Positions 1-4,888 are shown, counted from the first letter of the stretch. The stretch: 20,599 nt of DNA from a virus (IMGVR_UViG_3300049825_000338:1-20599), one strand, 5' to 3'. Notes: generated by a model from the sequence alone, not told the origin. Numbers and translations: made by a program.

Positions 1-87
1 TAAATCGTTACAACATCGGATGGCCTGGCGACATCCATAATGTTGCCAAAACCCAGTGGCGGAGTGCACTAGTCGTCACTGGGACTT

Positions 88-159
88 GGATGCGTGGCGC
101 AACGGTAGCGCAATTGCTTTACACGCAATTGGTTGGGGGTTCGAATCCCTCCGCATCTA
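88..159 (+). tRNA. tRNA-Val(TAC)
   Basis: Acceptor GGATGCG/CGCATCT, anticodon stem ATTGC/GCAAT, loop TT-TAC-AC, TTCGAAT T-loop. Confidence 0.93.
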
Positions 160-296
160 CTCAGGGAACAGCTAACGCTGGCCCGTTTCTAGACTGTGTT
201 ATCCCGAGCAGTCTGTAGTGCCGACGAAGGTGATCAACACCAGACGTCAACAGAGTAAGCATTTTTTCTGTACGTCATCGGGATAGTCGGCAACTT

Positions 297-370
297 GCTG
301 TGATGGACAAACAGGTAAAGTCACTACCCTCTCAAGGTAGAGTTTGCGGGTTCGACTCCCGTTCACAGTG
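297..370 (+). tRNA. tRNA-Glu(CTC)
   Basis: Acceptor GCTGTGA/TCACAGT, stem CTACC/GGTAG, loop CT-CTC-AA, TTCGACT T-loop. Confidence 0.93.
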
Positions 371-511
371 CGATCCCTCAGACGGATTACCGTACGCTCA
401 TAGGCGGATAGATGGTCTGAGCATCTTGCTGTAACGAAGTCCGTTTAGGGGCACCCGTAACTTTAGCCCCGTTTACCTTCATCCTGGGTAGTGATGTAAA
501 ACTGCCTTCTT

Positions 512-584
512 GGGTCAGTAGCTCCAACGGTAGAGCGAATGCTTTGCAAGCATTTGGTTGTCGGTTCGAATCCGACCTGATCCA
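512..584 (+). tRNA. tRNA-Ala(TGC)
   Basis: Acceptor GGGTCAG/CTGATCC with the G3:U70 Ala identity pair; loop TT-TGC-AA. Confidence 0.95.
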
Positions 585-711
585 CAATCCGGCACGTGCG
601 CAGGTATCCTTGACAGGACCAGCGTAACGACCGGACGCATTGAAGCTTTGAGTAAGCCTGAGAATTGTATTTCAGAGGCAGCAGGGAAGTCACGTCCTTG
701 TCGATGCATAA

Positions 712-785
712 CTGGTTGTAGGAAAATTGGTATCCCCACCTCGTTTGGGACGAGGATTTTGCGAGTTCGAGTCTCGCCAACCAGA
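712..785 (+). tRNA. tRNA-Pro(TGG)
   Basis: Acceptor CTGGTTG/CAACCAG, stem CCTCG/CGAGG, loop TT-TGG-GA. Confidence 0.93.
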
Positions 786-913
786 CAAATGGCGAACCCC
801 TCAGCACACAGTTGTGCTCGCGCCCGAGCGGAGGTCCGGTGCCTACTCCGGTAAGGTTCAATGCTATCAGGTAAAAATGTAGTACCGCTTCGCGGAAACC
901 AGATTTACCGCAT

Positions 914-981
914 ACGGTGGGCGCTGGGCACAGGGTTGTTTCCAAAACTACCCGTGACGGGTTCGATTCCTGTACACCGTG
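914..981 (+). tRNA. tRNA-Trp(CCA), atypical (reduced D arm, extended anticodon stem)
   Basis: Loop TT-CCA-AA, T arm ACGGG-TTCGATT-CCTGT, acceptor ACGGTG/CACCGT, disc G; 5' end may start at 910. Confidence 0.7.
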
Positions 982-1007
982 CTGGTTTCTGTACACCGTG
1001 CTGGTTT
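970..1007 (+). repeat. Perfect 19-nt tandem duplication of the tRNA-Trp 3' end
   Basis: CTGTACACCGTGCTGGTTT at 970-988 and 989-1007. Confidence 0.95.
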
Positions 1008-1067
1008 TGAGTCATTATGCCATTCAAAAATGTCGAACGGCAATGAGATCGCAAACACAACGATACT

Positions 1068-1140
1068 GCTTTTCTAGGCTAATGGATAAGCCAACAGACT
1101 TCTAATCTGTAATATGGGGGTTCGAGTCCCTCGAAAAGCA
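1068..1140 (+). tRNA. tRNA-Arg(TCT)
   Basis: Acceptor GCTTTTC/GAAAAGC, loop CT-TCT-AA, TTCGAGT T-loop. Confidence 0.94.
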
Positions 1141-1141
1141 C

Positions 1142-1228
1142 TGAAACGATGCGAAGATGGTGGTTACTTCTTTTCGACTAAGACTAGGGAGATGGCTCCC
1201 TTTCCACTGTCAGTCAGTTCACGTTTCA
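1142..1228 (+). ncRNA. Y RNA-like ncRNA, unit 1 (no tRNA-like domain)
   Basis: Terminal stem TGAAACG/CGTTTCA, ATGCGAA...GTTCA bulged helix, second stem GATGGTGG/CCACTGTC, TTACTTC, inner hairpin AGGGAG/CTCCCT. Confidence 0.7.
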
Positions 1229-1236
1229 AATTTCGC

Positions 1237-1330
1237 GGACGATGCGAAGGCGATGGTTACTTCTTCTACTATGAGCCGAGGGGGCACAGAAATGGCTGCC
1301 CCGATCTCCATTACCAAAGTGTTCACGTCC
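1237..1330 (+). ncRNA. Y RNA-like ncRNA, unit 2
   Basis: Stem GGACG/CGTCC, ATGCGAA...GTTCA, second stem GGCGATGG/CCATTACC (one mismatch), TTACTTC, inner hairpin GGGGCA/TGCCCC. Confidence 0.7.
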
Positions 1331-1339
1331 TCGTTTCTA

Positions 1340-1453
1340 GGCAGCGATGCGAATTTGTCGGCTACTTCCCAACCATTCAATGATAATCCTCAGCACTCGG
1401 GCAAAACCCGAACACGCTGGGGGCCATCCGATGAAGCTTTAGTTCACGCTGCC
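1340..1453 (+). ncRNA. Y RNA-like ncRNA, unit 3
   Basis: Stem GGCAGCG/CGCTGCC, ATGCGAA...GTTCA, second stem TTTGTCGG/CCGATGAA, CTACTTC, inner stems CCTCAGC/GCTGGGG and TCGGG/CCCGA. Confidence 0.7.
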
Positions 1454-1460
1454 GAGGTCT

Positions 1461-1535
1461 GGTGTGTTAGCTCAACGGTAGAGCACTTCCCTGTCGAGGA
1501 AGAAGTTACGGGTTCGAATCCCGTACACACCGCCA
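1461..1535 (+). tRNA. tRNA-Asp(GTC)
   Basis: Acceptor GGTGTGT/ACACACC, disc G, encoded CCA, loop CT-GTC-GA. Confidence 0.96.
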
Positions 1536-1538
1536 CAC

Positions 1539-1610
1539 GTCATTCTAGTGTTAGCGGTAACACATCACGCTTCCAACGTGGTATCATGGGTTCGAATCCC
1601 ATGAATGACT
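1539..1610 (+). tRNA. tRNA-Gly(TCC)
   Basis: Acceptor GTCATTC/GAATGAC, disc U, loop CT-TCC-AA. Confidence 0.95.
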
Positions 1611-2080
1611 CAACATGTGCCACCTGCAAAATCACAAAAACGTCTGCTGAGTTCTCAACAAGAACAAGAAATGGTGTGGTTATTCTTCAGTCGTCATGTA
1701 AGAGTTGCCATAAACTATACAGAAAAGTTCACTATGCAAATAATAGACAGCGATATCTAGATCGAACAAAACAAAACACAGAGAAGTATCGCGAAATTGC
1801 TGTGAATTATGTTAACGATATATTGTCAGTAAGCTCCTGCGCAGACTGCGGAGAAACTGACCCAGTCGTCCTTGATTTTGACCACGTGCATGGGGAAAAA
1901 TTAGCTAGCATTGCAAATCTTAAATGGAGACCGGAAGGGCCATCTATTAGTCGTCTTCGTAGTGAAATAGAAAAATGTGAAATACGATGCGCAAATTGCC
2001 ATCGTCGCCGTCACCACCAAGAGCGACGTAAGAAAGCACGAGAGTGTAGTTCAGCGGTAGAACACCTGCTTGCCAAGTAG
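1601..2080 (+). CDS. HNH endonuclease with N-terminal CxxC...CxxC zinc finger (probable free-standing homing endonuclease)
   Basis: CATC...CKSCH, then CADCG...DFDHV...CEIRCANCHRRRH HNH signature; in-frame ATGs at 1586 and 1601 lie inside tRNA-Gly(TCC); the ORF track's 1157 start runs through RNA genes. Confidence 0.8.
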   Translation: MNDSTCATCKITKTSAEFSTRTRNGVVILQSSCKSCHKLYRKVHYANNRQRYLDRTKQNTEKYREIAVNYVNDILSVSSCADCGETDPVVLDFDHVHGEKLASIANLKWRPEGPSISRLRSEIEKCEIRCANCHRRRHHQERRKKARECSSAVEHLLAK

Positions 2081-2110
2081 GATGCGAGGGTTCGACTCCC
2101 TTCACTCTCT
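2040..2110 (+). tRNA. tRNA-Gly(GCC)
   Basis: Acceptor GAGAGTG/CACTCTC, disc U, loop TT-GCC-AA. Confidence 0.94.
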
Positions 2111-2238
2111 CCGAAAGCCCCGTACTCGGCTCTGCTTAATTGTCATCCACCGGGCGACGAATGATCTAGAACGTTCGTCGGCATGCCAGTCCTGCACGCG
2201 TTCAGCGGTCACCTAGGCCTGATTAGGTATGGACACTT

Positions 2239-2309
2239 TGAGGTTTCGGCTAACGGTAAGCCAGGAGGTTTTGGCCCTCCGAATGAGGGTTCGACTCCTT
2301 CAGCCTCAA
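2239..2309 (+). tRNA. tRNA-Gln(TTG)
   Basis: Acceptor TGAGGTT/AGCCTCA, stem GGAGG/CCTCC, loop TT-TTG-GC. Confidence 0.92.
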
Positions 2310-2373
2310 CGAAGGATAGGCGATTGGCGGTAGAGCCAGATTCCTAGTAATAACTGGGGCAACCGCCCACTTT

Positions 2374-2451
2374 GCTGCGTTAGACAAATTAGGTAAAGTC
2401 ACCAGGCTTTCACCCTGGAATTTACGGGTTCGATTCCCGTACGCAGTTCCA
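2374..2451 (+). tRNA. tRNA-Glu(TTC)
   Basis: Acceptor GCTGCGT/ACGCAGT, encoded CCA, loop CT-TTC-AC. Confidence 0.94.
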
Positions 2452-2455
2452 TTTC

Positions 2456-2529
2456 GGTTCTATAGCTCAATCTGGTAGAGCAGCATTCTGATAAGATGCA
2501 TGTTGGAGGTTCAAATCCTTCTAGGACCA
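2456..2529 (+). tRNA. tRNA-Ile(GAT)
   Basis: Acceptor GGTTCTA/TAGGACC, loop CT-GAT-AA. Confidence 0.94.
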
Positions 2530-2534
2530 CTCAC

Positions 2535-2610
2535 GGCTCTCAGGTGTCCTGTTGGATAGGCACGTCTGCGTGAAGCCCAGAAGGGCAGGGTTCGATTCCC
2601 TGGGGAGCCA
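2535..2610 (+). tRNA. tRNA-Phe(GAA), atypical anticodon arm
   Basis: Acceptor GGCTCTC/GGGAGCC, disc A; stem TCTG/CAGA with C:C mismatch at 31:39, loop GT-GAA-GC; intact T arm. Confidence 0.7.
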
Positions 2611-2612
2611 CA

Positions 2613-2621
2613 TGGTAAACT
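2613..2621 (+). promoter_or_regulatory. Candidate extended -10 promoter for a leaderless transcript
   Basis: TGG-TAAACT followed by 6 nt and then ATG 2628; no Shine-Dalgarno. Confidence 0.45.
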
Positions 2622-2627
2622 AGGTAC

Positions 2628-2981
2628 ATGAAAAAATTTCGTGCAATACTAGTGTCACTAATCTTGTCAATTTCTAGCATAACTGGTGTTATTGCTGCAT
2701 CAGATGTCAAGCCTGTGTTGGCCTTGACAGACTGCGACTTCAACGGTCAGTTCTATGTTGGAGGTAACTACGCTTCAGTTATTTGTCATCGTGCGGGTGG
2801 TTACGACTGGATACGCGTTAGAGCAACTTGCCAGGATAAAGTATTCATTCCTAATCACGGATGGATTATTAGGTCGACTTATACAGTCAATGGGTCTTGG
2901 GTACCGTTCGGACGCACATCAAAGGTTGCCTGCAATAATACAGCACATAAATTTACAAAAATATGGCTAGAAACCGAGTAG
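2628..2981 (+). CDS. Small secreted protein with signal peptide and 4 Cys (hypothetical)
   Basis: MKKFR + hydrophobic core + A-x-A sites; four Cys in the mature part; fits exactly between tRNA-Phe and tRNA-Cys. Confidence 0.8.
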   Translation: MKKFRAILVSLILSISSITGVIAASDVKPVLALTDCDFNGQFYVGGNYASVICHRAGGYDWIRVRATCQDKVFIPNHGWIIRSTYTVNGSWVPFGRTSKVACNNTAHKFTKIWLETE

Positions 2982-3056
2982 GCGTCGCGAGGGGGATGGA
3001 GACCCGTCTGCCTGCAAAGCAGATTCAACGCAGTTCGATTCTGCGGCGGCGCTCCA
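2982..3056 (+). tRNA. tRNA-Cys(GCA)
   Basis: Acceptor GCGTCGC/GCGGCGC, disc U73, encoded CCA, loop CT-GCA-AA. Confidence 0.93.
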
Positions 3057-3062
3057 TCTTAG

Positions 3063-3136
3063 GCGCTTGTAGCTCAATTAGGTAGAGCAGTGGACTTTTA
3101 ATCCAACGGTTGGGGGTTCGATTCCCTCCGGGCGCA
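3063..3136 (+). tRNA. tRNA-Lys(TTT)
   Basis: Acceptor GCGCTTG/CGGGCGC, loop CT-TTT-AA. Confidence 0.95.
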
Positions 3137-3345
3137 CAATCCGCATGGGGAGATCATCACACCATGACGTCAGGTATGCGGCGATAGCATATCGGTTAGC
3201 TGATAGACCGTTTATCAGCTTGGATTCGTCTCCAAATACACAAGCACGATAAGGGGTGAAAAATCGCTTAGCCCCCGCCGTTAGATCACGGCGCTTCGCA
3301 TTATGAAGTTTTTAGAAGTAGAGGAGTGATGTCCTCAGATCACAA

Positions 3346-3418
3346 CGGTGTGTAGCACAACTGGTAGTGCCCCTGACTCTTAATCAGGCTTGTGCGGGTT
3401 CGAGTCCCGCTGCACCGA
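3346..3418 (+). tRNA. tRNA-Lys(CTT)
   Basis: Acceptor CGGTGTG/TGCACCG, stem CCTGA/TCAGG, loop CT-CTT-AA. Confidence 0.94.
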
Positions 3419-3419
3419 C

Positions 3420-3505
3420 TGCAAGGTAGAGAAGTCCGGTCCATCTCGTCAGCCTCATAAGCTGGAAAACGCCTTTAAGTGGTTCAAATCCCGCCCTTGC
3501 CTCCA
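3420..3505 (+). tRNA. tRNA-Met(CAT), initiator-like, with disrupted T stem
   Basis: U1:C72 mismatch, loop CT-CAT-AA, TTCAAAT T-loop, encoded CCA; extra CTTTAAGT in the 5' T-stem region. Confidence 0.7.
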
Positions 3506-3509
3506 TTTC

Positions 3510-3582
3510 GGTGCTGTGTACTGTTGGCAGTACAGGTTCTCCCATACGGAACCCTTCGGTCGTTCGATTCGACTCAGCGCCA
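3510..3582 (+). tRNA. Atypical tRNA with CAT anticodon (Met or Ile2, identity unresolved)
   Basis: Acceptor GGTGCTG/CAGCGCC; D stem GTACTG/CAGTAC with 4-nt loop; 6-bp anticodon stem GGTTCT/GGAACC; loop CC-CAT-AC; T arm GGTCG-TTCGATT-CGACT. Confidence 0.7.
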
Positions 3583-3597
3583 CGAAAACATCTTCTT

Positions 3598-3669
3598 TCC
3601 GGGGTAGTTCAATGGTAGAACACCGAACTGTTAATTCGGTTGTTGGGGGTTCGATCCCTCCTCCCGGAG
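3598..3669 (+). tRNA. tRNA-Asn(GTT)
   Basis: Acceptor TCCGGGG/TCCCGGA, disc G, loop CT-GTT-AA. Confidence 0.95.
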
Positions 3670-3676
3670 CGCTTAG

Positions 3677-3749
3677 GCATCACTAGCTCAATGGATAGAG
3701 CAACAGTTTTCGAAACTGTGTGTTGGCGGTTCAAGTCCGTCGTGATGCG
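3677..3749 (+). tRNA. tRNA-Arg(TCG)
   Basis: Acceptor GCATCAC/GTGATGC, loop TT-TCG-AA. Confidence 0.93.
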
Positions 3750-3751
3750 CT

Positions 3752-3828
3752 GTGGTCGTAGCTCAATCTGGTAGAGCGCGTGGATGTGGCCCACGTCGTT
3801 GAGGGTTCAAGTCCCTTCGATCACCCCA
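3752..3828 (+). tRNA. tRNA-His(GTG)
   Basis: Acceptor GTGGTCG/CGATCAC, disc C73, encoded CCA, loop AT-GTG-GC. Confidence 0.94.
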
Positions 3829-3832
3829 TCTT

Positions 3833-3907
3833 GGGAATGTAACTCAACGGATAGAGTAACGGTCTACGAAGCCGTAAGTGGGGGTTCGATTCCCTTCATT
3901 CCTGCCA
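3833..3907 (+). tRNA. tRNA-Arg(ACG)
   Basis: Acceptor GGGAATG/CATTCCT, encoded CCA, loop CT-ACG-AA. Confidence 0.95.
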
Positions 3908-3908
3908 T

Positions 3909-3981
3909 GCCCCTGTAGTTCAACGGTTAGAACGTCATGCTTATCACATGGTTGTTGCGGGTTCAATTCCTGCCGGGGGTA
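3909..3981 (+). tRNA. tRNA-Ile(TAT), with C37
   Basis: Acceptor GCCCCTG/CGGGGGT, disc A, stem TCATG/CATGG, loop CT-TAT-CA. Confidence 0.75.
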
Positions 3982-3985
3982 CTTT

Positions 3986-4064
3986 GCGCTAGTGGCGGAA
4001 TGGCAGACGCAGGAGACTTAAACTCTCCGGGGAAACCGTGCAGGTTCGACTCCTGTCTGGCGCA
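3986..4064 (+). tRNA. tRNA-Leu(TAA)
   Basis: Acceptor GCGCTAG/CTGGCGC, loop CT-TAA-AC, variable arm. Confidence 0.93.
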
Positions 4065-4069
4065 CACAA

Positions 4070-4143
4070 GTTTGCCTAGCCCAACTGGCAGAGGCGTCAC
4101 TTTCAAAAAGTGATAGGTGAGAGTTCGAATCTCTCGGCAAACA
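4070..4143 (+). tRNA. tRNA-Leu(CAA), short variable region
   Basis: Acceptor GTTTGCC/GGCAAAC, loop TT-CAA-AA, 5-nt variable region. Confidence 0.88.
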
Positions 4144-4205
4144 CAGTTAAGATTGAGGCGGAATTTGAACGTGTTCAGTATACTTTCCGCCGTATAGTCA
4201 ACTAA

Positions 4206-4279
4206 GAACTTGTAGCCCAATTGGTAGAGGCGCAACGATGAGAGCGTTGTTAGTGAGGGTTCGAATCCCTCCAAGTTCA
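4206..4279 (+). tRNA. tRNA-Leu(GAG), short variable region
   Basis: Acceptor GAACTTG/CAAGTTC, loop AT-GAG-AG, 5-nt variable region. Confidence 0.88.
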
Positions 4280-4294
4280 CTTACCGGTATACTT

Positions 4295-4376
4295 GTGAGT
4301 ATGGTGGAATTGGCAGACACGCTACCCTTAGAAGGTAGTGCCGAACGGCATGAGAGTTCGAATCTCTCTACTCATA
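4295..4376 (+). tRNA. tRNA-Leu(TAG)
   Basis: Acceptor GTGAGTA/TACTCAT, loop CT-TAG-AA, variable arm GCCG-AA-CGGC. Confidence 0.94.
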
Positions 4377-4401
4377 CAAGATGTAAATATTCATTCTCAA
4401 A

Positions 4402-4540
4402 TGTAGTGATGTGTAGAAGTGGGTTACTTCTCTTTGGCAGACGTGGTAGCAGGTTCGATTCCTGTCACGGTGACTTTCGCCGCCGTGTAGCTCATCGGTA
4501 GAGCACGTAAAATTTCCCGTTTCGATTTGTTCACACTACA
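4402..4540 (+). ncRNA. yrlA: YrlA-like Y RNA (circularly permuted tRNA mimic on a Ro60-binding-type stem)
   Basis: Outer stems TGTAGTG/CACTACA and GAAGTGGG/CCCGTTTC, TTACTTC motif; then ACGT/ACGT helix enclosing T arm (GCAGG-TTCGATT-CCTGT), loop-closed acceptor-like stem (CACGG/CCGTG), TA and D arm (GCTC-ATCGGTA-GAGC), in T-AS-D order. Confidence 0.85.
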
Positions 4541-4544
4541 ACAT

Positions 4545-4618
4545 TCCGGTTTAGTTCAATTGGTAGAACGTCTCCCTCTGGAGGAGAATGCTTGGGGGTT
4601 CGAGTCCTCCAACCGGAA
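4545..4618 (+). tRNA. tRNA-Gln(CTG)
   Basis: Acceptor TCCGGTT/AACCGGA, stem TCTCC/GGAGA, loop CT-CTG-GA. Confidence 0.9.
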
Positions 4619-4721
4619 CGCATCATGCTGTGTGGCCATTTGCGAACACTTGAGCCGCACACTGTATTGACGAGTACAGTGTCAGAAACATAATTAACTT
4701 CTTTCAGCATGACAGCATCTT

Positions 4722-4804
4722 GGAGAGTAGCGCGGAAAGGTCTGCAACCAGTCTTGAAAACTGGGCCAGGGTTACACCTGAGGGTTCGATTCCTTTACTC
4801 TCCG
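4722..4804 (+). tRNA. tRNA-Ser(TGA)
   Basis: Acceptor GGAGAGT/ACTCTCC, disc G, loop CT-TGA-AA, long variable arm. Confidence 0.93.
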
Positions 4805-4806
4805 CT

Positions 4807-4888
4807 GGAACGGTGGCGCAACTGGAAACGCAGCTACCTGCTAAGTAGTCGGCTGAAAGGCCTCTGAGTTCGAGTCTCAGTCGTTCCG
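4807..4888 (+). tRNA. tRNA-Ser(GCT)
   Basis: Acceptor GGAACGG/TCGTTCC, disc G, loop CT-GCT-AA, long variable arm. Confidence 0.93.

Noticed and set aside
164-301. Twister ribozyme resemblance (UAA-CGCU...UCCCGAGC...AGUG)
   Set aside because: Some motifs match, but the loop is too long and the GAGGG/P1 3' strand does not directly follow P2; kept only as an unnamed structured RNA
387-1383. ORFs 387-587, 463-996, 515-739, 558-854, 917-1105, 1114-1383
   Set aside because: They overlap clear tRNA or structured RNA genes; typical chance ORFs
1142-1453. CRISPR mini-array reading of the three repeated units
   Set aside because: Conserved blocks are short and split, unit lengths vary from 87 to 114 nt, the 'spacers' form compensatory stems with the repeats, and no cas genes are present
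1157-1585. N-terminal part of the 307-aa ORF in the ORF track
   Set aside because: It runs through Y RNA-like units and two tRNAs and has no protein-like features; the HNH domain starts after about 1600
2326-2367. Possible amber suppressor tRNA (hairpin GGCGGT/ACCGCC with CTA in the loop)
   Set aside because: No T arm or D arm; no CTA, TTA or TCA anticodon tRNA in the array; TAG serves as a normal stop in several genes, so there is no sign of recoding
2570-2572. Reading the 2535-2610 tRNA as His(GTG)
   Set aside because: The GTG register is off-center in the loop, the discriminator is A rather than C, and a canonical His gene exists at 3752
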